A stretch of DNA of 32,000 nucleotides from NCBI RefSeq assembly GCF_003815035.1, contig NZ_RKRK01000002.1, forward strand, positions 775,956-807,955, read 5' to 3'. The stretch comes from Abyssicoccus albus. GTDB taxonomy: Bacteria; Bacillota; Bacilli; Staphylococcales; Abyssicoccaceae. Positions within the stretch are counted from its first letter, which is position 1; each line of letters starts with the position of its first letter. Below are positions 8,424-16,729 of the stretch, in pieces. The notes below the pieces were generated by a model. It worked only from the letters and a program-made list of their open reading frames with translations, did not search any database and was not told the DNA's origin. The position numbers were made by a program, and so were the translations under genes.

Positions 8424-8627
8424 ATTGAAACAAGTTAATTTGTATATGTATTGAACAGTATAGGCTAATGTGGTTATTTTTTGAATATTTGTATAGATCT
8501 TTTTTTACTATTAGGTATATTTTTGAGAAGGAATATTAAGTTTTATGAAGGATTGAGCCAGTTCTTATTTTATCAGAATTATCAAAAATTCTCTCTTGAA
8601 TTTGATGGTTTGTACTGAAAAAACAAA

Positions 8628-8669
8628 TTGACTTCTATTAAATAACTTTATATAAAGTTATTTAATAGA
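8628..8669 (+). promoter_or_regulatory. Putative promoter (TTGACT-17-TATAAA) overlapped by a perfect 36-bp palindrome (operator-like)
   Basis: TTGACT at 8628-8633 and TATAAA at 8651-8656. The palindrome TCTATTAAATAACTTTATATAAAGTTATTTAATAGA at 8634-8669 was checked base by base: 18/18 pairs. SD GGGAGTGG follows at 8689-8696. Confidence 0.5.
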
Positions 8670-8703
8670 TTAGTAATTAGTATATATTGGGAGTGGTATT
8701 TAA

Positions 8704-9210
8704 AAAATTAGTGAAAAACTAGATTTTCTACCTAATATTCAGAACAAATATTCAATCAGAAAGTTTACAGTAGGAACAGCGATGGTAAATATGAATTTAC
8801 TGGACTAATAAACGGCGATTATACAGTAATTTTCACAGAACCGGTAGGTTATGAAACGACGGTTGTCAACGTAGGTGACGACGCATTGGATTCAGACAGC
8901 GTCAACAACAGTTACGATTGATAATGCGGACAACTACACAATTGACAGTGACTTCTACAAACCAGTAGTAGAACCAACACCAGCCGAACCAACTACACCA
9001 TCTGTTACTCCAACTCCAAGCGCGGAACAGCCAGCAGTTGAAAAGTAAGAAAAACCTTCTGAAGCAGCTAAAGAGAAGAAAGAAATTTTACCTGACACAG
9101 TTGAAACAGAAAGCACAAATAACGCGCCATTATTCGGTGAATTATTTGCAGCTCTAGGTTCGATCTTGTTATTCGGTAAACGCCGTAAAAACAGCAATGA
9201 TAAGCAATGA
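8704..9210 (+). pseudogene. Eroded remnant of a YSIRK-signal / CNA-B repeat / LPXTG cell-wall-anchored adhesin (Sdr-like)
   Basis: The first frame (8704-8781) reads KISEKLDFLPNIQNKYSIRKFTVGTA, a YSIRK signal. A shifted frame (8778-8918) reads SDGKYEFTGLINGDYTVIFTEPVGYETTVVNVGDDALDSDS, part of a CNA-B/Sdr B-repeat. Back in the first frame (8908-9210) it reads TVTIDNADNYTIDSDFYKPVVEPTPAEPTTPSVTPTPS...[11 protein letters not shown]...[26 protein letters not shown], a Pro-rich wall spanner, a degenerate LPXTG, a TM segment and a basic tail. Lesions are listed in the findings. Confidence 0.8.
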
Positions 9211-9251
9211 ATTTAATTCATAAAATATGTTGACAATGTAAAATGTTAACA

Positions 9252-9292
9252 AACCCCGATGCTGGATTTTAAAGTTTAACATCGGGGTTTTT
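9252..9292 (+). terminator. Intrinsic terminator downstream of the adhesin remnant
   Basis: CCCCGATG (9254-9261) pairs with CATCGGGG (9280-9287), with partial A/T extension of the stem, followed by TTTTT. Confidence 0.7.
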
Positions 9293-9451
9293 ATAATGTC
9301 TCTATATCAAATAGAAATAGTTATTTATCATTTATGAGAATGATAATTTCAATGGTTTGATTTAACAACTAAATGTTAATTGGATACGTAGAATGTTGTA
9401 TGCTTATAGAAAGATTTTTAGGAATACAAAAAAGGTTAAACAACTTAAAAG

Positions 9452-9506
9452 GGCTCTATACTATTTAGGACTGGTGATAATCACTAGACCTAAATAGTAT
9501 AGAGCC
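9452..9506 (-). terminator. Long imperfect hairpin; probable terminator of the AlkD-like gene
   Basis: An 18-bp perfect stem, GGCTCTATACTATTTAGG (9452-9469) with CCTAAATAGTATAGAGCC (9489-9506), plus 7 more bp (one G:U) after an A/A mismatch, and a 3-nt loop. On the minus strand it is followed by CTTTTAAG. It lies 113 nt downstream of the 9620 stop. Confidence 0.45.
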
Positions 9507-9619
9507 ATAATAAATGATTCGTATGTTATCCAATAATTTTTGTATACGATATAATTTTTTTGTGCATCCTTAGGCATAACTTATCTAACTTTCAATGTGC
9601 TCACCTCATTAATTCAAAC

Positions 9620-10327
9620 TTAGCATCTAACATATCTTCGTTTAAACCCAATGCGATTTTTCTCTTTTGCTTTTTCAATAGAAGCTAATGGATTCAGTAT
9701 CACTTCTTCACCAGATGATTTAGTGACATGAATTTCCCCTAACTCAGTAGCAATCCTAACCGCTAATTCATGCAAAGGTTCACATGAAATACCGACACAA
9801 CTTATAAAATAACTCATTGCAACTTGCACACGGTATAATTGATCATGAATATTATCTGAAGCTTTATAAAGTAATGATTTAAGACGATCTATGTCTAATA
9901 AATCATCTTTCTTATGTCCTATTAACCAACAATACGCGTGCCAACCGGCTGATTGAGTCAACTCATCCTCTGAATTAATCCAATCATCTGCAATGTCATA
10001 TACTAATGGTGATTCTGATAATGTTACCGCTACAACATAATCACTAATCATATAAAAATAAGCATGATTGATCCATTGTTCAAATTCATTACGTGTCATA
10101 ATTTTCGGATCTGCGATTACACCTGCAAAATACATCGCATCATAATTTCCTGTTGAGTATAGTTCATTAGCTAACATCTGATTCTTTTTAATCATTTTCT
10201 TAAGTGGTTTCATATCACCAGTAGCAACACCATACAGTGGTTCTTTATCTCCTTCTTTCAAATATCTTTTCTTTATCCGCTCTTTACCTAGTTGCTCTAA
10301 TTCATCCATCACTTCAATTACATCCAT
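9620..10327 (-). CDS. DNA alkylation repair protein family (HEAT-like repeat, COG4912; AlkD/AlkC superfamily)
   Basis: The 235-aa sequence (..ELEQLGKERIKKRYLKEGDKEPLYGV..GDMKPLKKMIKKNQMLANELYSTGNYDAMYFAG..., C-terminal ...RIGFKRRYVRC) matches my memory of proteins annotated as 'DNA alkylation repair enzyme' in Firmicutes. SD AAGGCGGTG is upstream. The family call rests on recollection, not a search. Confidence 0.6.
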   Translation of the reverse strand: MDVIEVMDELEQLGKERIKKRYLKEGDKEPLYGVATGDMKPLKKMIKKNQMLANELYSTGNYDAMYFAGVIADPKIMTRNEFEQWINHAYFYMISDYVVAVTLSESPLVYDIADDWINSEDELTQSAGWHAYCWLIGHKKDDLLDIDRLKSLLYKASDNIHDQLYRVQVAMSYFISCVGISCEPLHELAVRIATELGEIHVTKSSGEEVILNPLASIEKAKEKNRIGFKRRYVRC

Positions 10328-10390
10328 TAATACACCGCCTTAATATATTTATTGAAACTCGCTTAATTAATATTATAAGAAATAGTTTAA

Positions 10391-10442
10391 AATAATAAAA
10401 ATAGATTGTTATTTTGTACTAATAAATACCAAATAACAATCT
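10391..10442 (-). terminator. recO intrinsic terminator
   Basis: On the minus strand, AGATTGTTATTT pairs with AAATAACAATCT in a 12-bp stem (10403-10414 / 10431-10442), followed by ATTTTTATTATTTT. Confidence 0.7.
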
Positions 10443-10521
10443 GTGATTAATAACCTTGTATAATTAATAACTTTTTAATGAATATCAATCATCATTAAAT
10501 ACCATCTAATGTTCATGAAAA

Positions 10522-11304
10522 CTAAATATCCATCTCATTCAATTGCCTTATAAATTGACTCGTCTTAAATACATGACCTGCATAATCTCGATATAACATC
10601 TCCATCAACATAAACATATCCCGAGATATTTCATCACTTAAGTTCAATGAATTCAACTGATGGATTGGCACCGTATTTAACCGATCTAATGCATATATTG
10701 CTTTCGGATTAATAAAGGCATAAGATTCGCTTTGATCATTAGACTCATTCATCGCTTGAACACATTGCTCACAAATGACGCCGTGTGTCGCATAACTAAA
10801 CGCTGACAACTTCACTTCTTTCACATTGATACGATGACACTTAGTGCAGTGATTGAATTGAAAATTCAATCCGAACAATTGTTGTAATTTACATAATACA
10901 AGTGAAGCAACGTCCAATCCATTGCCATTTGATTGATCAATAAATTCCATCGATTTAACCAATAGATTAAACAAATCAATGCCATCAACCTCTTCATGTT
11001 GTAACCTTAACATGACTTCATTAATAAACTGAGCGGAACTATACTTCTCAATATGCTGCTCTATCGTCGAATAACGCTGTTCCACATCAATCGCATTCAA
11101 TTGACCTAGCCCTTTAGATTGATAATAAATGTATACCGCTTTAACATATCCTTGCTTCAACACAGTAAAAGGACTGGATGACTTATTCAATCCTCTCACC
11201 ATCATCGGTACAAACTGATTATCCTCAGTCAACACCGTAATAATATTGCTTGTCTCTCCGTAGTTGACTTTTCTAAGCAATATTCCCGACTTTTTTTGGA
11301 GCAT
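10522..11304 (-). CDS. recO: DNA repair protein RecO
   Basis: 260 aa with an N-terminal OB-fold-like region (ILLRKVNYGETSNIITVLT), a Cys4 zinc motif (CTKCHR...CEQC) and the conserved position downstream of era. Confidence 0.9.
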   Translation of the reverse strand: MLQKKSGILLRKVNYGETSNIITVLTEDNQFVPMMVRGLNKSSSPFTVLKQGYVKAVYIYYQSKGLGQLNAIDVEQRYSTIEQHIEKYSSAQFINEVMLRLQHEEVDGIDLFNLLVKSMEFIDQSNGNGLDVASLVLCKLQQLFGLNFQFNHCTKCHRINVKEVKLSAFSYATHGVICEQCVQAMNESNDQSESYAFINPKAIYALDRLNTVPIHQLNSLNLSDEISRDMFMLMEMLYRDYAGHVFKTSQFIRQLNEMDI

Positions 11305-11309
11305 TTGAA

Positions 11310-12206
11310 TTATTCATCCTCTACATAACCAATCTGTCTCATAAAGTTTGGTTTATTTCGCCAATCCGCCTGCACTTTCACCCATGTTTGCAAATACACT
11401 TTACTCCCGAGAAGATGTTCTATATCTTTTCTCGCTCTTTTACCAATTTCTTTTAGTTTGGCTCCATTTTTCCCGATAATAATTCCTTTTTGACTCGCTC
11501 GTTCTACATAAATTAACGCATTCACATCGACATGATCTTCATCAATGCGTTCTAATGACTCGATAACAACTCCAACAGAATGTGGAATTTCCTGTTCTGT
11601 CGTCTGTAAAATTTTCTCACGAATCATTTCAGCCATAATGAACTGCTCTGGATGATCCGTCACTTGATCTGGTGGGAAAAATTGTGGTCCTTCTTCCATA
11701 TACTTTACAAGTTCAGTTTCTAACGTCTCTATATTTTGGCCATTGATTGCTGAAATAGGAATTATTTCTTTGAAATCATACAATTGTCTATATTGTTCTA
11801 TAATAGATAGCATTTCATCTGGATGAATTAAATCAATCTTGTTTAACACAAGAAATACAGGTGTCTTCGTCGACTTGAGCATATTGATGATATATTCATC
11901 ACCTTTACCCAGCTTCTCATTAACATTCACCATAAACATAATGACATCCACTTCATCTAATGTATTCTTCGCCATGCTCATCATGTAATCACCTAACGCA
12001 TGCTTAGGCTTATGAATACCAGGTGTGTCGATAAAGATTAATTGATGTGTATCTTTCGTTAAAATCCCTTGAATTCTATTTCGTGTTGTTTGAGCTTTGT
12101 CGCTCATAATCGCAACTTTACGACCTAAAATTTGATTCATAAATGTAGACTTCCCTACATTCGGACGTCCAATAATACTAATAAAACCTGATTTATGTTC
12201 ACTCAT
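11310..12206 (-). CDS. era: GTPase Era
   Basis: G1 [10 protein letters not shown]3 DTPG, G4 NKID and a C-terminal KH domain ([15 protein letters not shown]). Confidence 0.96.
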   Translation of the reverse strand: MSEHKSGFISIIGRPNVGKSTFMNQILGRKVAIMSDKAQTTRNRIQGILTKDTHQLIFIDTPGIHKPKHALGDYMMSMAKNTLDEVDVIMFMVNVNEKLGKGDEYIINMLKSTKTPVFLVLNKIDLIHPDEMLSIIEQYRQLYDFKEIIPISAINGQNIETLETELVKYMEEGPQFFPPDQVTDHPEQFIMAEMIREKILQTTEQEIPHSVGVVIESLERIDEDHVDVNALIYVERASQKGIIIGKNGAKLKEIGKRARKDIEHLLGSKVYLQTWVKVQADWRNKPNFMRQIGYVEDE

Positions 12207-12638
12207 TTATTTTAAATCTCCTTTAGAAAAACTTAACGGCAATAATTCATCCACTGTCATAACAATATAATCCCCATCTAAATTGGCCATATAAACATAA
12301 GTAGATAAGTCACATAACTCACTCATCACTTGCCTACACACGCCACACGGCGATGACGGTTCTTTATTATCTGTCACAATAACTAACGCTTCAAAATTTG
12401 TAATACCTTGACTATACGCACCGACTAAAGCACTCCGTTCAGCACAAATTGACGCTGGGTAACTTGCATTTTCTATATTTGCACCATGTATATATTGACC
12501 CTGATCTGTCACTAAACAACATCCAACTTTGAACTCTGAATAAGGAACATAAGCCTTTTCACGCGCACGCTTTGCTTCTTTAAACCACGCTTCATTTAAC
12601 GGGGCTTCTTTGAAATCATTATCATTTAAACGATACAT
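12207..12638 (-). CDS. cdd: Cytidine deaminase
   Basis: Zinc and catalytic motifs CAERSAL and PCGVCRQV. It abuts the era start. It is ~10 aa longer at the N-terminus than the S. aureus Cdd I recall. Confidence 0.92.
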   Translation of the reverse strand: MYRLNDNDFKEAPLNEAWFKEAKRAREKAYVPYSEFKVGCCLVTDQGQYIHGANIENASYPASICAERSALVGAYSQGITNFEALVIVTDNKEPSSPCGVCRQVMSELCDLSTYVYMANLDGDYIVMTVDELLPLSFSKGDLK

Positions 12639-12700
12639 TTAACCACTCTTTTCTAATGTTATAACGGATATACCATTGTGTAATGAAATTACAAATAAAC

Positions 12701-13069
12701 TTACATCATATAAGGCAAATAAACAATGGCTGCGATCATTAATGCATATATTGCAGCAAGCAACACACCAAATGCCGCAACATCTTTTGCCTTCATCGCA
12801 AGGTCATGATATTCATCCGTGACAAGATCGACAACATATTCTATCGCTGTATTCATCACTTCAGTAATGATTACAAGAAATACTGCAGTCATCGTCAAAG
12901 CAAATTGAATCGAATCAATCCCTAGAATAATATTTAAAAGGACAACAGCAACCGCCATGACGATGTGCTGTAAAAACTTTGAGTCTTTATTCAACATCCA
13001 ACGACAACCTTGGAACGTGTATTGAAATCTTTGAATTGTTTGTTTCATCATTTGCTTCATTGAATTCAC
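12701..13069 (-). CDS. dgkA: Diacylglycerol kinase family lipid kinase (undecaprenol kinase in Gram-positives)
   Basis: 122 aa with three TM segments, the conserved EVMNTAIE motif and conserved synteny ybeY-dgkA-cdd. Confidence 0.9.
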   Translation of the reverse strand: MNSMKQMMKQTIQRFQYTFQGCRWMLNKDSKFLQHIVMAVAVVLLNIILGIDSIQFALTMTAVFLVIITEVMNTAIEYVVDLVTDEYHDLAMKAKDVAAFGVLLAAIYALMIAAIVYLPYMM

Positions 13070-13142
13070 CTTGTGAATCTGTTCTAATATTTTTTGAACT
13101 AATTAATATAATTTAATCAATAATAAGATCATTTTATACAAA

Positions 13143-13601
13143 CTAATCTCGATATAACTCTAACTCATTCAATATTTCTTCTTGCTTTTGATTCATCTTA
13201 TGTTCATCTTCTTCATTCATATGATCATATCCTAGCAAATGTAGGAATCCATGGAGTGCCAAAAATCCTAATTCTCGTTCTATCGTGTGATTGTAATCAT
13301 TCGCTTGTTGTTCGGCAACTTCATAGCAAATAATAATATCGCCTAACATATTCCCCATCTCTTCACTCACTGGTTCATCTTCATCATCATTTAGCGCAAA
13401 TGAAATGACATCAGTCACTTGATTCTTGTTACGATATTCAGCGTTGATTTGTTGTATCGTCTCTTCATTCACAATGACGATTGACACTTCAGCATCTTCA
13501 ACTGCTTCGACTTCCATCGCTTTTTGAATTACCGTTTCGATTAGTGTTTTATGATCAGGTGATACTTTTACTTCTTCATCAATGATATCGATTAATCCCA
13601 T
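13143..13601 (-). CDS. ybeY: rRNA maturation endoribonuclease YbeY
   Basis: Metal-binding motif HGFLHLLGYDH; 152 aa; abuts the phoH stop. Confidence 0.95.
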   Translation of the reverse strand: MGLIDIIDEEVKVSPDHKTLIETVIQKAMEVEAVEDAEVSIVIVNEETIQQINAEYRNKNQVTDVISFALNDDEDEPVSEEMGNMLGDIIICYEVAEQQANDYNHTIERELGFLALHGFLHLLGYDHMNEEDEHKMNQKQEEILNELELYRD

Positions 13602-14546
13602 TTATATCGCTCCTTTATATGCATTAATAATTTTCGATACGAGTGGGTGACGTACGACATCACTTTCATCTAATTCAATCATTTCAATGCCTTTAATATC
13701 CTTTAACCGATGCGTTGCTTCAACGAGACCACTTTTCGCTGATTTCGGTAAATCAATCTGAGTGACATCACCGGTCACAATCATCTTCGAATTAAATCCA
13801 AGCCGTGTCAGGAACATCTTCATTTGCGCTTCCGTTGTATTTTGAGATTCATCCAAAATAACATACGCATCATCTAATGTACGACCTCTCATATATGCAA
13901 GTGGCGCAACTTCAATCGCTCCTCGCTCGATTAACCGTTGTGTATGTTCAGCACCAAATATCGTATGCAAACCATCGTATAAAGGACGTAAATATGGGTC
14001 TACTTTTTCTTTTAAATCACCCGGGAGGAATCCTAAGTTCTCTCCTGCTTCAACAGCAGGTCTAGTCAGAACAATACGTTTCACTTTATTTGTTCGAAGG
14101 GCTTGCGCTGCCATCACAACCGCTAAAAATGTCTTACCAGTCCCAGCTGGACCAATTCCAAATACGAGGTCACATTTTTTCATCGCTTCGATATATTTAC
14201 GCTGCCCCGTTGTCTTCGCTTTGATTCCTTTACCACCTACGGTTTTAGCGATATCTTCATTGTATAGATCTGCTAAATAATCTATCGTGCCTTTATTCAT
14301 CATCTCGATAGCTGATTGAACATCTTGCTTACTAATAGACATACCTTTTTGGATAATTTTGAGTAGATTAATTAACACGGTCTCAGCACGATCAATATCA
14401 TCGTCTTCACCGGCTACAGTAATCTCAGACCCAAGTGTATGTATATCTACATTAAACGCTTCTTCAATCATTAAAATGTGCTCATCACCATTCCCAATGA
14501 GTAGTTGAGCTTCTTCCATACTATCTATACTTATAATATTTGGCAT
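13602..14546 (-). CDS. phoH: PhoH-like ATPase
   Basis: Walker A GPAGTGKTF and Walker B ILDESQN; 314 aa; conserved position. Confidence 0.93.
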   Translation of the reverse strand: MPNIISIDSMEEAQLLIGNGDEHILMIEEAFNVDIHTLGSEITVAGEDDDIDRAETVLINLLKIIQKGMSISKQDVQSAIEMMNKGTIDYLADLYNEDIAKTVGGKGIKAKTTGQRKYIEAMKKCDLVFGIGPAGTGKTFLAVVMAAQALRTNKVKRIVLTRPAVEAGENLGFLPGDLKEKVDPYLRPLYDGLHTIFGAEHTQRLIERGAIEVAPLAYMRGRTLDDAYVILDESQNTTEAQMKMFLTRLGFNSKMIVTGDVTQIDLPKSAKSGLVEATHRLKDIKGIEMIELDESDVVRHPLVSKIINAYKGAI

Positions 14547-14779
14547 TCAAAGACTCCTTTAAACAATTTAGTTTAGACTTTTTCTTAACTATTTCCTAAT
14601 TTTTTCTTCACTTTAATTTGAATTTGAATCTTAACTCTAATCTTAAATTTCATTATTTACTTTACACTATTAAGATACCACTAATATTATATATGTTGCA
14701 ATTTAGAGTATTATTTAAAATTAAAAAGTTCAAGAGAAATTAAATAATAATGATTCATCAATCCAATTAAAAATATAAA

Positions 14780-14817
14780 TAAAAAAGAGAACTACTCAAT
14801 CCATTGAGCAATTCTCT
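14780..14817 (-). terminator. Terminator ending the nfeD-floA-14848 unit
   Basis: On the minus strand, AGAGAATTGCTCAAT pairs with ATTGAGTAGTTCTCT (15 bp including two G:U pairs), followed by TTTTTT. Confidence 0.7.
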
Positions 14818-14847
14818 AATATTCTTACTTCTTAGCCTTTTAAATCG

Positions 14848-15663
14848 TTATCTTTTTATACGTTGCTTAGACTTCGGTGGTGATAAAATTTCACTCATAA
14901 TCATCCCTTGAATGACTTCTTGTTGAGAAAATTGTAGCTGCGGTATTTCAGTTAAATCATGTTGCTTAATGAAATCTTTCTCTTGAGTCCCTTTGTGCTT
15001 TTTATCTCGATTGTAAACTGTTTCATTCCGATCAATCTCATATTGATCTCGAGTTTTCCTTTGAATCTCATCAATCTTTCGAGTTGACTGACGCTCTGCT
15101 GTATTTCTTGTTGGACGTCTTGATCCATTTTCATCCACAGGCAATCGATTCAACACTTTCGGAACAACTTCATTCATCAACTGTTCATATGATATCCCGT
15201 ATGATTTTGCAATATCATGTAATTCTTTTTGACGTTTTTTAATGCGATCATTTGTCTTCAAGTCAATTTGCGTGAATTTTTGCTTCTTTAATGCATGTAA
15301 TAAATCGTTTATTTGCTTTTCAGTGAGCTTTGTATGCTTTGGAATACTCTGATTAGGCAATGGTTTACCTGTGTCTTTTGTATCGAGTTCTTTATTGATT
15401 TCGTTCTCAATTTCTTTTAACATCTCTTGAAAAATATTACCGCGTTTTTCTGAAGGATTAGAACCATTATCTTGATTAAGACCTTTCTGATGTGTTTCAT
15501 TACGAGTATTAGAACTCTTTTTATGGGGTGATGGTTTAGGGTCTTTCACATCTTTACCAGAAAAAGTTGGCATTGTATTTTTCTTTTGCTTATTCTTTTG
15601 GCTTGATTCAATCAGTGAGTACACAATACCTCCGATAAATATTAATATAGGTATGATTTCCAT
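14848..15663 (-). CDS. Membrane-anchored Lys/Gln/Asn/Glu-rich low-complexity protein of unknown function (positional equivalent of B. subtilis yqfB)
   Basis: 271 aa with an N-terminal TM helix (IIPILIFIGGIVYSLI), then charged low-complexity sequence with no Cys or Trp, and a C-terminal QGMIMSEILSPPKSKQRIKR. SD AGGTGA (15668-15673) overlaps the floA stop codon. Confidence 0.8.
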   Translation of the reverse strand: MEIIPILIFIGGIVYSLIESSQKNKQKKNTMPTFSGKDVKDPKPSPHKKSSNTRNETHQKGLNQDNGSNPSEKRGNIFQEMLKEIENEINKELDTKDTGKPLPNQSIPKHTKLTEKQINDLLHALKKQKFTQIDLKTNDRIKKRQKELHDIAKSYGISYEQLMNEVVPKVLNRLPVDENGSRRPTRNTAERQSTRKIDEIQRKTRDQYEIDRNETVYNRDKKHKGTQEKDFIKQHDLTEIPQLQFSQQEVIQGMIMSEILSPPKSKQRIKR

Positions 15664-15671
15664 ATGATCAC

Positions 15672-16664
15672 CTAATTTCTATCAGTTGAATGGTTTTGAC
15701 CTTTACCCATATCTTTAATAGAATTTCTCATATCTGTATCAGATTCGATGTTTTTCAAATTAAAGTAATCTCCAACGCCTAAATTACCTTCTCTTAATGC
15801 TTGTGCCATTGCAAGAGGTACTTCAGATTCAGCTTCAACAACTTTAGCTTTCATTTCTTCAACTTGAGCTTTCATTTCTTGTTCTTTCGCAACAGCCATT
15901 GCACGACGCTCTTCGGCTTTAGCTTGAGCGATGTTCTTATCAGCCACTGCTTGCTCAGTTTGAAGATCTGCACCGATGTTTTTACCGATGTCTACATCCG
16001 CAATATCAATCGACAGAATTTCAAATGCAGTCCCTGAATCTAATCCTTTACCGAGTACAGTTTGTGAAATCATGTCAGGATTTTCTAATACGTTTGTATG
16101 ACGTTCTGATGAACCAATCGTTGATACAATCCCTTCACCGACACGGGCAACAATCGTATCTTCACCTGCACCACCGACAAGTCGTTCAATGTTGGCACGT
16201 ACTGTAATTCTTGCTTTCGCCTTCACTTCTATCCCATCCATAGCAACACCTGCGATAAACGGTGTTTCGATGACTTTCGGGTTTACACTCATTTGAACAG
16301 CTTCTAATACATCACGACCTGCTAAATCAATCGCAGCGCAACGTTCGAATGTTAATGAAATATCTGCACGTTGAGCTGCAATCAATGCATCAACGACGCG
16401 ATCAACATTCCCCCCTGCAAGGTAATGTGACTCTAATTGATTCGTACTAATATCTAATCCAGCTTTGTGTGCTTTAACAAGCGGATTAATGACCTTTTTC
16501 GGCGCAACACGTCTTAAGCGCATTCCAACAAGTGAGAATATCCCTACATTTACTCCTGCTGCAATCGCTGATATCCATAATCCAATCGGTACAAATGATA
16601 AGAACACACTAATAGCGATAAATGCAATAACAATAATAATGATAATACCAATTAATCCTTCCAT
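15672..16664 (-). CDS. floA: Flotillin-like protein FloA (SPFH domain, YqfA family)
   Basis: An N-terminal hairpin TM, an SPFH body and an Ala/Glu-rich coiled coil ([34 protein letters not shown]). The tracked ORF starts at 16685, but SD AAGGAGAG (16670-16677) sits 5 nt before ATG 16664 (MEGLIG...), so I call the shorter form. Confidence 0.93.
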   Translation of the reverse strand: MEGLIGIIIIIVIAFIAISVFLSFVPIGLWISAIAAGVNVGIFSLVGMRLRRVAPKKVINPLVKAHKAGLDISTNQLESHYLAGGNVDRVVDALIAAQRADISLTFERCAAIDLAGRDVLEAVQMSVNPKVIETPFIAGVAMDGIEVKAKARITVRANIERLVGGAGEDTIVARVGEGIVSTIGSSERHTNVLENPDMISQTVLGKGLDSGTAFEILSIDIADVDIGKNIGADLQTEQAVADKNIAQAKAEERRAMAVAKEQEMKAQVEEMKAKVVEAESEVPLAMAQALREGNLGVGDYFNLKNIESDTDMRNSIKDMGKGQNHSTDRN

Positions 16665-16729
16665 AATTTCTCTCCTTCTATTCATTTAATAATGAAATTG
16701 TTTAATAATTATTTTTAAAAATAATTTAT

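Noticed and set aside
8955-9197. 80-aa minus-strand ORF
   Set aside because: It is antisense to the Pro/Thr-rich wall-spanning and LPXTG region of the adhesin remnant. The + strand reading gives a coherent sorting signal and the minus reading gives low-complexity G/S/A/V sequence with no SD.
9373-9468. 31-codon + strand ORF (MLIGYVECCMLIERFLGIQKRLNNLKGLYTI) running into the long hairpin
   Set aside because: There is no SD upstream (..TTTAACAACTAA ATG), no recognisable peptide features, and it ends inside the stem. It is probably fortuitous.
9424-9545. ATACAAAAA (9424-9432) / TTTTTGTAT (9537-9545) inverted 9-mers flanking the hairpin, considered as MITE or IS termini
   Set aside because: They are only 9 bp and AT-rich, are asymmetrically placed (19 vs 30 nt from the hairpin), and have no target-site duplication. 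This is within chance expectation for this composition.
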